Source: the human T2T-CHM13v2.0 reference genome, Homo sapiens. Taken from it: a DNA stretch of 64,000 bases. Location of the stretch: NCBI RefSeq assembly GCF_009914755.1, contig NC_060931.1; one strand, 5' to 3'. The position numbers were made by a program, and so were the translations under genes. The notes beneath the pieces were generated by a model, which was not told where the DNA came from, made no database searches, and was given only the letters and a program-made list of their open reading frames with translations. Positions 1 through 9,745 of the stretch are shown here, one piece after another. The stretch's first letter is position 1; each line of letters starts with the position of its first letter.

Positions 1-1604
1 GAAGGATATTGGTCTAAAATTCTCTTTTTTGGTTGTGTCTCTGCCCAGCTTTGGTATCAGGATGATTCTGGCCTCATAAAATTAGTTAGAGAGGAATCCC
101 TCTTTTTCTATCGATTGGAATAGTTTCAGAAGGAATGGTACCAGTTCCTCCTTTTACCTCTGGTAGAATTCTGCTGTGAATCCATCTGGTCCTGGACTCT
201 TTTTGATTGTTAAGCTATTGATTATTGCGACAATTTCAGATCCTGTTATTGGTCTATTCAGAGATTCAACTTCTTCCTGGTTTAGTCTTGGGAGATTGTA
301 TGTGTCGAGGAATTTATCCATTTCTTCTAGATTTTCTAGTTTATTTGTATAGTGGTGTTTGTAGTTTTCTGTGATGGTAGATTGTATTTCTGTGGGATAG
401 GTGTTGATAACCCCTTTATCATTTTTTGTTGCGTCTGTTTGATTCTTCTCTCTTTCCTTCTTTATTAGTCTTGCTAGTGGTCTATCAATTTTGTTGATCT
501 TTTCAAAAAACCCGCTGCTGGATTCATTAATTTTTTGAAGGGTTTTTGTGTCTCTATTTCCTTCAGTTCTGCTCTGATTTTAGTTATTTCTTGCCTTCTG
601 CTAGCTTTTGAATGTGTTTGCTCTTGCTTTTCAAGTTCTTTTAATTGTGATGTTAGGGTGGCAATTTTGGATCTTTCCTGCTTTCTCTTGTGGGCATTTA
701 GTGCTATAAATTTCCCTCTACAAACTGCTTTGACTGTGTCCCAGAGATTCTGGTATGTTTTGTCTTTGTTCTCGTTGGTTTCAAAAAGCATCTTTACTTC
801 TGCCTTCATTTTGTTATGTACCCAGTGGTCATTCCAGAGCAGGTTATTCATTTTCCATGTAGTTGAGCGGTTTTCAGTGAGTTTCTTAATCCTGAGTTCT
901 AGTTTCATTACACTGTGGTCTCAGAGACAGTTTGTTATAATTTCTGTTCTTTTACATTTGCTGAGGAGAGCTTTACTTCCAACTATGTGATCAAGTTTGG
1001 AATGGGTGTGGTGTGGTGCTGAAAAAAATGTATATTCTGTTGATTTGGGGTGGAGAGTTCCATAGATGTCTATTAGGTGCGCTTGGTGCAGAGCTGAGTT
1101 CAATTCCTGGGTGTCCTTGCTAAGTTTCTGTCTCGTTGATGTGTCTAATGTTGACAGTGGCGTGTTAAAATCTCCCATTATGAATGTGGGGGAGTCTAAG
1201 TCTCTTTGTAGGTCACTCAGGACTTGCTTTATGAATCTGGGTGCTCCTGTATTGGGTGCATATATATTTAGGATAGTTAGCTCTTCTTGTTGAATTGATC
1301 CCTTTACCATTATGTAAAGGACTTCTTTGTCTCTTTTGATCTTTGTTGGTGTAAAGTCTATTTTATCACAGACTAGGATTGCAACCCCTGCCTTTTTTTG
1401 TTTTCCATTTGCTTGGTAGACCTTCCTCCATCCCTTTATTTTGAGTCTACGTGTGTCTCTGCACGTGAGATGGGTTTCCTGAATACAGCACAATGATAGG
1501 TGTTGTCTCCTTCTCTAATTTTCCAGTTTGTGTCTTTTAATTGGAGCATTTAGCCCATTTACATTTAAAGTTAATATTGTTATGTGTGAATTTGATCCTG
1601 TCAT
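1..1604 (-). pseudogene. L1 ORF2 (endonuclease/reverse transcriptase) N-terminal part, disrupted
   Basis: Starts ATG ACA GGA TCA AAT TCA CAC at 1604. There is an in-frame TAG near 1517, a TGA at 921-923 replacing the Ser of the endonuclease SDH motif, and a frameshift near 545 (QKPFKKLMN instead of QKTLQKINE). ORF-track fragments 921..1493 and 474..908 belong to it. Confidence 0.95.
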
Positions 1605-1667
1605 TATGATGTTAGCTGGTTATTTTGCTCGTTAGTTGATGCGGTTTCTTCCTAGTCTCAATGGTCT

Positions 1668-2672
1668 TTACAATTTGGCATGTTTTTGCAGTGGCTGGTA
1701 CCAGTTGTTCCTTTCCATATTTAGTGTTTCCTTCAGGAGCTCTTTTAGAGCAAGCAAATCTCTCAGCATTTGCTTATCTGTAAAGGATTTTATTTCTCCT
1801 TCACTTATGAAGCTTAATTTGGCTGGATATGAAATTCTGGTTTGAAAATTCTTTCCTTTAAGAATGTTGAATATTGGCCCCCACTCTCTTCTGGCTTGAA
1901 GAGTTTCTGCCGAGAGATCAGCTGTTAGTCTGATGGGCTTCCCTTTGTGGGTAACCCGACCTTTCTCTCTGGCTGCCCTTAACATTTTTTCCTTCATTTC
2001 AACTTTGGTGAATTTGACAACTATGTGTCTTGGAGTTTCTCTTCTTGAGGAGTATCTTTGTGGCGTTCTCTGTGTTTCCTGAATCTGAATGTTGGCCTGC
2101 CTTGCTAGATTGGGGAAGTCCTCCTGGATAATATCTTGCAGAGTGTTTTCCAACTTAGTTCCATTCTCCCCGTCACTTTCAGGTACACCAATCAGACGTA
2201 GGTTTGGTCTTTTCACAGTTTCCCATAATTCCTGGATACTTTGTTCGTTTCTTTATATTCTTTTTTCTCTAAACTTCCCTTCTCCCTTCGTTTCATTCAT
2301 TTCATCTTCCATCACTGACACCCTTTCTTCCAGTTGATTGCATCGGCTCCTGAGGCTTCTGCCTTCTTCACGTAGTTCTCGAAACTTGGCTTTCAGCTCC
2401 ATCAGATCTTTTAAGCATTTCTCTCCATTGGTTATTCCAGTTATACATTCGTCTAATTGTTTTTCAAAGTTTTTAACTTCTTTGCTATTGGTTTGAATTT
2501 CCTCCTGTAGCTCACAGTAGTTTGATCATCTGAAGCCTTCTTCTCTCAAATCGTCAAAGTTATTCTCTGACCAGTTTTGTTCCGTTGCTGGTGAGGAACT
2601 GCATTCCTTTGGAGAAGGAGAGACACTCTGCTTTTTAGAGTTTCCAGTTTTTCTGCTCTGTTTTCTCCCCAT
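1668..2672 (-). pseudogene. L1 ORF1 (RNA-binding chaperone), disrupted
   Basis: 1005 nt from ATG at 2672 to TAA at 1668. Premature TAA at 2253-2255 and a 12-nt in-frame deletion near 1750 (MLRDLLALKE versus consensus MLRDFVTTRPALKE). ORF 1668..2216 is the RRM/CTD half. Confidence 0.95.
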
Positions 2673-3701
2673 CTTTGTGGTTTTATGAAGTTTTGGTGTT
2701 TGATGATGGTGATTTACAGATGGGTTTTTGGTGTGGGTGTCCTTTCTGTTTGTTAGTTTTCCGTCTAACAGACAGTACCCTCAGCAGCAGGTCTGTTGGA
2801 GTTTACTAGAGGTCTACGCCAGAGCCTGTTTGCCTGTGTATCAGCAGCAGTGGCTGCAGAACAGCGGATTTTCGTGAACCACAAATTCAGCTGTGTGATC
2901 ATTCCTCTGGAAGTTTGGTCTCAGAGGACTACCCGGCCGAGTGAGGTGTCAGTCTGTCCCTACAGGGGGGTGCCTCCCAGTAAGGCTGCTGGGGGTTCCG
3001 TGACCCTCTTTAGGAGGCAGTCTGCCCAGTCTCAGATCTCCAGTTGCGTGCTGGGAGGACCACTACTCTCTTCAAAGCTGTCAGACAGGAACATTTAAGT
3101 CTGCAGAGGTTACTGCTGACTTTTTGTGTGTCTATGCCCTGCCCCCAGAGGTGGAGCCCACAGAGGCAGGCAGGCCTCCTGGAGCTGTTGTGGGTTCCAC
3201 CCAGTTCCAGCTGCCTGGCTGCTTTGTTTACCTAAGAAAGCCAGGGAAATGGTGGGCCCCTCTCCCCCAGCCTCACTGCCGCCTTGCAGTTTGATCTCAG
3301 AGTGCCGTGCTAGCAATCAGCAAGACTCCATTGGCATAAGACCCTCCGAGCCAGGTGCAGGACACAATCTCCTGGTGTGCCGTTTTCCAAGCCTGTTGGA
3401 AAAGTGCACTATTAGAGTGAGAGTGACCCGATTTTCCAGGTGCCATCTGTCACCCCGTTCTTTGACTAGGAAAGGGAACTTCCTGACCCCTTGTGCTTCC
3501 TGAGTGAGGCAATGCCTCACCCTGCTTCAGCTCCCACACGGTGGGCTGCACCCTCTGTCCTGCACCCACTGTTAGGCACTCCCTTAGTGAGATGAACCTG
3601 GTACCTCAGAGGGAAATGCAGAAATCACCCGTCTTCTGCGTCGCTCATGCTGGGAGCTGTAGAGTGGAGTTGTTCCTATTAGGCCATCTTGGCTCCACCC
3701 C
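2673..3701 (-). promoter_or_regulatory. L1 5'UTR internal promoter with YY1 site, plus the antisense promoter region
   Basis: YY1 motif CAAGATGGCC intact at 3682-3691 (minus strand). The UTR sequence and length match L1PA long-form UTRs. Activity cannot be judged from sequence, and many CpGs have decayed. Confidence 0.8.
3249..3503 (+). CDS. ORF0: L1 antisense ORF0 (84 aa, open)
   Basis: MVGPSPPASLPPCSLISECRASNQQDSIGIRPSEPGAGHNLLVCRF...RVTRFSRC matches primate L1 ORF0 (MAGAPPPASLPPCSLISDCCASNQRDSVGVGPSEPG...). The ATG at 3249 is in GAAATGG context, and CAG|GT donors occur at 3355 and 3440. Expression is not shown. Confidence 0.6.
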   Translation: MVGPSPPASLPPCSLISECRASNQQDSIGIRPSEPGAGHNLLVCRFPSLLEKCTIRVRVTRFSRCHLSPRSLTRKGNFLTPCAS

Positions 3702-4118
3702 TCATTTCATTATTTCATCATTTCATCATTTCACTTCACTTCATCATTTCATTTTATCATTTCATACCATTTCTTCATTTCATCATATCATTTCATTTCA
3801 TTTCACCATTTCACTTCATCATTTCATGTCGGCATTTCATTTCATTTCCTCATTTCATTGCACCATTTCATTTCATCATTTCATCATTTCATTTCATCAT
3901 TCCATTTCATCATTTCATCATTTCATTTCATCTCATCATTTCATTTAATCATTTCATTTCATTTCAGCATTTCATTTCATCATTTCACCATTTCATTTCA
4001 TCTCACCATTTCATTTCATTTCATCATTTTATCATTTCATTTCATTTCATCATTTCATCATTTCGTTTCATCATTTCATTTCATTTCATGTCATCATTTC
4101 ATCATTTCATTTCATTTC
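3702..4118 (+). repeat. Compound simple repeat (CATTT)n interleaved with CAT
   Basis: Directly visible, e.g. CATTTCATCATTTCATTTCATC, over ~417 bp starting immediately at the L1 5' end. Confidence 0.95.
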
Positions 4119-4995
4119 AGTGATACATGTATTTAAGTGCTAATGTGATGCCCAGGAAACCCCCTATTTCCCTTTGTAAAAGACCTCCTTCAACAAAACT
4201 CAACCTCTCATGGCTGGCTAAGTCTACAGGGATACGAGCCTCTATTCAACCACCCAATTTGATTCAGAACCTCAAACAGCACCTCAGTTTCATAAAAACC
4301 TAAAACATAAACACAACACTTGGTTGTAAGTGAGCCAACAGTTTCTTGTCTCTTTCTCTGCTCAAGGCTTAAGGCCGTGTCTCCCCAACTATGTTCAGTG
4401 GAAGAAAAGATCCCCTGGACAAATAAGTTTGAGAACTGTTGTTGCAGGACTTCTGAGAACCTTTAAAACACAAATCGTCATCTGCAAGGATCTTCAGGAG
4501 GGAGATGGCTGATGCAGCACAACTTTCTTTCACAGGAGCATCTTGCAGAATTCCGTATGAGATGCAGAAAGGCTGCATTGAGTCTTTTTAAGGGCCAGAG
4601 CCTTTGTGGCGGTGGGGTAGGAGCTCCCCAGATAGCATCTAATGAGTGGGAACATTCAGGTTGCTTTTTTTTTCCTTACTGGCCAAACTGTGTGTGCATC
4701 ATGAATGAAGCCAGTCTCCCTTATTCATATCAAAACTAAACCCAAATTAATTGGCTAAATTGGGACTCAACACCTCCAGGAGCCATGAGGAAGAAAGCCC
4801 CACCACACTTTAAAGTAGCTTACCTCATGATATTTGAGGAAAGCAAAACGCTTATGACCAGTATGCTGCTAATACAAGTCAACAGATAATGCTGTATGAA
4901 AAACTAGTTTTCCCAATCATAGCTAGCATAGTCCACATTTTGCATTACACCTTCCCTCCTTTATTAAAATTTTAAACACAGTTCCTTTTCTCTCC

Positions 4996-5138
4996 TTTTT
5001 TAAAATTTTAATTTATTCATACAAGACGGAGTCTCAGTATGTTGCCCAGACTGGTCTTCAACTCCTGAGATGAAATGATACATCCGTCTCCACCTCCCAA
5101 AGTGCTGAGATTACAGGCCTGAGACACTGTGCCCGGCC
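4996..5138 (-). mobile_element. Alu left monomer (FLAM/AluJ-type)
   Basis: ...AGACGGAGTCTCAGTATGTTGCCCAGACTGGTCTTCAACTCCTG...CTCCCAAAGTGCTGAGATTACAGGCCTGAGACACTGTGCCCGGCC, preceded by a T-rich tail. Confidence 0.85.
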
Positions 5139-5500
5139 TTAGACACAAATCTTAATTCATTCTTACAATTATCCTGAGGTTAGAAAAATGGAAGGGGAAG
5201 AAAAATGGCAAGCAGGTAGGCTGACTTCGGCTTCATTATTTTGAAGGACAGTTTGCTTGGTTAAAACACACTACTGCCCACAAAGGCCAAGACAACAGAA
5301 AAATACAGACATATAAATAGATTTTATATGTGACAGCAGTTTGAATGGAGACTTTTTCAATGCAAATGGCAAACATCTGTCCTTGGGAATAAATGACAAG
5401 AATTTTTTTTTATCTCAACAGCTGTCCTGAGAGCATGTCTCTACATCTCTACCTGCATTCTGGAATCAGGGAGAAAGCCAAAACGGACAAGACACTAGAT

Positions 5501-5690
5501 CAGCCGTGTCCAACCCTCTGACTACAAGGACGTTTCTGCCTACCTGTGGTGGTGGGTATCATGAAAATTATGCACAAACCTTTTTTTTTAAGCTCATCAG
5601 CTGTTGTTAGCATTAGTGTATTTTATGTGTGGCCCAGGAGCATTCTTCTTCCAATGTGGCCCTGAGAAGCCAAAAGATGGGACACCTGTG
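5501..5690 (-). mobile_element. MER30 non-autonomous hAT-Charlie DNA transposon
   Basis: Degenerate terminal inverted repeats (CAGCCGTGTCCAAC ... GATGGGACACCTGTG), internal AAGCTCATCAGCT...GTGTATTTTATGTGTGGCCCA, and an 8-bp TSD CACTAGAT (5493-5500) / CAGTAGAT (5691-5698). Confidence 0.85.
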
Positions 5691-5811
5691 CAGTAGATCA
5701 AAAGGCTACTCATTCTGGAAGCAATTGTAAAGAATTTCTGAGATTATCTTGACATGAAAACCAATGGATAGTGGGACAGAATACAAAATCTTCAAGAATT
5801 TTTCTTGTTGG

Positions 5812-6074
5812 TTTTTTTTTTTTTTTTTGAGTCAAGGTGTTGCTCTGTGGCCCATGCTGGAGTACACTGGTGAGATCACAGCTCAGTGCAGGCTCAAGTG
5901 CTCCTCTCGCCTCAGCCACAGTAGTAGCTAGGACTACAGATGTGCACAACCACTCCTGGCTAATATTTTATTTTTTGTAGAGATGTGGTCTCATTATATT
6001 GTCCAGGTTGGTCTCAAACTCCTTGACTCAAGGGATCCAGGACAGGATAACAGGCGTGAGCCACCACAACTGGC
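5812..6074 (-). mobile_element. AluJ-type SINE, internally deleted
   Basis: Poly-T followed by GAGTCAAGGTGTTGCTCTGTGGCCCATGCTGGAG...GTAGCTAGGACTACAG...TTTTTGTAGAGATG...ACAGGCGTGAGCCACCAC. Confidence 0.9.
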
Positions 6075-6539
6075 TATGTGCATGAACTTTTAAGACAAAT
6101 AGAAGGCTCCACAAAAGTTAAGGTTTTCCCACCTAATTTCCAGGGGATCTTTTGGTGCAAGGATGAGAAACCCTTAAAAGTGCACAGACATCTCCAAAGA
6201 TTCAAGACAGTTCATTTGGGCTGAACCAGCCCACTGGGCAGACTGACCTTCAAACAAGGCCCACCCATGACATACACCAGATGGCTCTCCAAGAATCTCT
6301 CCATTTCTCAGGGTCCCTAAACTAATGGACAGAGCTAGGAAAGCAAACCCATTTGCTTCTTCCTGCAGGAAACTCCTTGAGGTCAAGACCCCACAATCAG
6401 ACGAGGATGGAGTGGCTCACCCTCAGTCAACAGGCCAGACTCAAGGTGGTATAATGTCTTAACTAAGGGTGTGGGACTCCAGGTCTGAATCCGAACTCAG
6501 TTCTCCTTTGATAACCACACTTTGTTAATTTTCCTTAAC

Positions 6540-6600
6540 AGGGGTTCCTGGTAAGTCTTCTCCCTCAGGCCTTCGGTTTCCTCACCTACAAGATGAGAAG
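6540..6600 (+). mobile_element. Possible MIR core fragment
   Basis: CCTGGTAAGTC...GGCCTTCGGTTTCCTCACCTACAAGATG resembles the MIR core (GCCTCAGTTTCCTCATCTGTAAAATG); short and diverged. Confidence 0.4.
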
Positions 6601-6897
6601 GCTGCACCAGATGGAAATTCGGGGCGTAAGGGGATGTCCACGGGCAGCCCACCCCACCCACGGGCCGCTTGAGCCTCCATCACAGTTCCCAACAGGCACC
6701 CGCCCAACAAATCCTGCCCAAGGTGAGGGCTGGTCCCGGGTCCTCCAGCTGCCGCATCAGCGAGTGCAGGAGGGCGGGGAAGCCTCCAAGGGGGCGACGC
6801 GGGCTCAAGGATGGAACTCGGCCAGGAGTGAACTGGGGCCCCGAGGGATATGTCCAGTCCGGTGCTGGAGCCCAGCCCTGGTCCCTGACCCCCTTAC

Positions 6898-7128
6898 CTG
6901 CACGGTCCATATCTCCTGCTGGGTGAGGTCCTTGGACACAGCGCACTTGGTGCACAGCATGTGCAGGCTGCCAACGGAGATGCCGATGAGCTTCTGTAGC
7001 TGCCCGCACTGCTGCAGCACCCGGCTGGCTGCGACCCTTGCGCCTTCCTCCGCGACAGCTGCGTCACCCCCGCCACCGCTCTTCTTCTTCTCTCCCATCG
7101 GGGCCGAGTGGAGCGCCGCTCTATGCAG
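6898..7128 (-). pseudogene. KSR1P1: Unprocessed paralogue of KSR1 (kinase suppressor of Ras 1) exon 1
   Basis: Translation [77 protein letters not shown] aligns with the KSR1 N-terminus ([20 protein letters not shown]...[43 protein letters not shown]). Similarity stops at CAG|GTAAGG (donor GT at 6897-6896), so this is a genomic duplicate and not a retrocopy. KSR1 homology is firm; the specific symbol KSR1P1 is from recall and other paralogues may exist. Confidence 0.88.
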
Positions 7129-7280
7129 GCTGCAGCGGCCCAGGAACAGAGCCTGGGGCGTGGGTGTCTAGGCAAGGAACCCCCGAACCAGGAGAGCTGG
7201 ACCAGGAGTGACCCTCGGCGCTGCCTTAGCCAGGACGCTGGTATATCTGGCAGCTGAGTCTGCTGATCCCACCCTCAGAC

Positions 7281-8796
7281 CCGCGGCGGTGGGGGCAAAA
7301 AGCCGCGGTCGTGGGGGCAAAAACCCGCAAAGGCGGGGTGAAAAAGACGCAGCGGTAAAAACCTGTGGCGGCGGGAGCAAAAAGCCGCGTCGGCAAAAAG
7401 CCGCGGCAGCGGGGAAAAAGCCGCTGTGATGGGGGAAAGAAGCCGCGGCAGCGGGGGCAAAAAGCCACAAAAAGCCACTGCGGCGGGCGCAAAAAGCCAC
7501 AATGGTGGGGTCAAAAAGTCTGGGCGGTGGGGGAAAAACCCGGGTCGACGGGGGCAACAAGCCACGGCGGCCGAGGCAAACAGCCGTGGCGACAAAAAGC
7601 TGCGGTGGCGGGGGCAAAAAGTCGCGGTGGCAGGGGCAAAAAGCTGCGGTGACGGGGGCAAAAAGCCATAAAAAGCCGCAGCGTCGGGGGCAGAAAGCCA
7701 CGAAGGCAGGGGCAAAAAGCCGCGGTGGTGGGGTAAGAAGCCGCGGCGGCAAAAAGATGCGGCGGCGGGGCCAAAAAGGCGAAGCGGGGGCAAAACGGTG
7801 CGGCGGCGGCAAAAAGCCATGGCGGCGGGGGCAAAAAGCCTCAAAAAGCCGCGGCGTCCGGTGTCAAAAGCCGCAAAAAGCCGCGGCGCAGGGGGTAAAA
7901 AGCCGCAAAAAGCCGCGGCAGAGGGGGCAAAAAGTAGGGGCGGCAAAAAGCCACGACGGTGGGGACATGAAGCCGCAAAAACCCTAGGCGGCAGGGGCAA
8001 AAACCCGTGGCGGCGGGTGCAAAAAGCTGCTGGGGTGATAAAAAGCCACGGCGGCGGGGGCAGGAAGCCGTGTAGGGGTAAGGAGCCGCAGAGGCGGGGG
8101 CAAAAAGCTGCGGTGGCGGGGGTAAAAAGCCGCAAAAAGCCCGGGCAATGGTGGCAAGAAGTCGCGGCAGGAAAAACCTGCAGCGGCGGGGGAAAAAAGC
8201 CGCGGCGGCGGGGGTGAAAAGGCGTAAAAAGCCGCGGTGGCGGGGGCCAAAAGCCGTGGCGGCAAAAAGCCGCAAAAAGCCGGGGCGGCGGGGCAAGAAG
8301 CCGGGGCGGCGGGGTAAGAATCCGCGGCGGCGGGGCAAGAAGCCGCGGCGGGAAAAACCTGCGGCGGCGGGGACGAAAAGCAGTAAAAACCGCGGCGCCG
8401 GGGGCCAAAAGCCATAAAAAGCCGCGGCGGCGGTGACAAAAAGCCGCTGCGGAAAAATTTGCGGTGGCGGGGGCAAAAAGCTGCGGCAGCAGGGGGAAAA
8501 ATGTCGCAAAGAGCCGCGGCGGCGAGGGCAAAAAGCCTTGGTTTCAGGGGAAAAAAGTCGTGGTGGCGGGGGGAGAAAGATGCAAAAAGCTGCGGCGGCA
8601 AAAAGCTGCGGCGGCGGAGGGGGCAAAAAGCCGCGGCGGCGAGGGCAAAGAGCCCCAAAAAGCCGTGGCGGTGGGGGCTAAATTCCTCGAGGCTGGGGGC
8701 AGAAAGCCGCGGCGGCGGGGGCATAAAGCCACAAAAACCCCCAGCGGCGGGGTCAAAAATCCACGGCGGCAAACAGCCGCGTCGGCGGGGGCAAAA
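7281..8796 (+). repeat. GC/CpG-rich pericentromeric minisatellite, consensus ~GGGGGCAAAAAGCCGCGGCGGC (about 22 bp, with 10- and 16-bp variants)
   Basis: Dozens of diverged tandem units are directly visible. It resembles the GGGCAAAAGCCG-type repeats known from human pericentromeric duplication junctions. Confidence 0.93.
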
Positions 8797-8942
8797 TAGT
8801 GGAAATGGTGTAGAAGGCCAGCACAGCTTGGCATTCCTGGAGTGTGATGTGGAAGGAAAAGTGCAGAGGAAGACAAACAAAGATGTAGGTAGGCTTGATT
8901 CAGTGCAGCTAAGAACCCACATGTTATCTTGATGTTATGTAT

Positions 8943-9069
8943 CAGCTAATTTTTTGTATTTTAGTAGAGAAGGGGTTTTACCACGTTGGCCAGGATGGTC
9001 TCGATCTCCTGACCTCATGATCCCCGCACATCAGCCTCCCAAAGTGGTGGGATTAGAGGCATGAGCCAC
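8943..9069 (-). mobile_element. AluS(c)-like left-arm fragment, truncated at both ends
   Basis: Minus strand reads GTGGCTCATGCCTCTAATCCCA...GATCATGAGGTCAGGAGATCGAGACCATCCTGGCCAAC...CTACTAAAATACAAAAAATTAGCTG. Confidence 0.88.
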
Positions 9070-9104
9070 AAAGTGCTCAAAAAGTCTATTAATTAAAAAA
9101 TGTG

Positions 9105-9405
<301 letters not shown>

Positions 9406-9519
9406 AAAAAATGTGTATGTAGCCGTCTTTAATCTACCATGTCCATTAGCAGACAAATACTATAAGCAAAATAACAACAGTGAAAGAAGCATAGACTTAG
9501 AGTAGATACTCTGATTTAT

Positions 9520-9745
9520 TTAATAAAAATTTGAAAATAGACCAAATTACTCTTTGATAAAAAAAATCTGTTACTATTTAGGATGAGGGTTAGTGTTTGG
9601 AAAGGGGCAGGAGAAGTATCTCTATTTTTAGTAATGTTCTATTTTCATACATGGTTATAAGCAACTACATGTGTTTCATTAATGAAGCTATCCATATTTA
9701 ATCATTGTACTTTTCTGCATGTATGATATATGTCAATAAATGTCT
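9520..9745 (+). mobile_element. Ancient L1 (L1ME-type) 3' end
   Basis: AGGGGCAGGAG...GTAATGTTCTATTT...TGTACTTTTCTGCATGTATGATATATGTCAATAAA resembles L1ME 3' termini. Confidence 0.6.

Larger units (their letters stand above)
1..3701 (-). mobile_element. LINE-1, primate L1PA family (long 5'UTR type, L1PA3-long to ~L1PA5); 5' end intact, 3' part runs off the left edge of the window
   Basis: The reverse complement of 3701 leftwards reads GGGGTGGAGCCAAGATGGCCTAATAGGAAC..., the L1PA 5' terminus. The 5'UTR is 1029 bp (2673-3701), ORF1 ATG is at 2672, a 63-nt inter-ORF spacer occupies 1605-1667 and ORF2 ATG is at 1604. Translated pieces match ORF1p (KRPNLRLIGVPE, YPAKLSF) and the ORF2p endonuclease (CCIQETHL, NIYAPN, MGDFNTPL). 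Confidence 0.98.

Noticed and set aside
535-2337. Plus-strand hydrophobic ORFs (535..990, 1066..1293, 1636..1845, 2089..2337)
   Set aside because: These are antisense shadows of L1 ORF1/ORF2, common to all L1 copies.
3541-4136. His/Phe/Ile/Ser-rich ORFs reading from the L1 5'UTR into the CATTT repeat
   Set aside because: Low-complexity read-through with non-ATG starts; no support for function.
7281-8796. Regular repeat resembling a CRISPR array
   Set aside because: Units are directly tandem and degenerate with no unique spacers, there are no cas genes, and the context is human.
7168-8932. Long overlapping Pro/Arg/Ala- or Lys/Gly-rich ORFs (up to 418 aa) on both strands
   Set aside because: They result from a stop-poor GC minisatellite; being open in nearly all frames argues against real coding.
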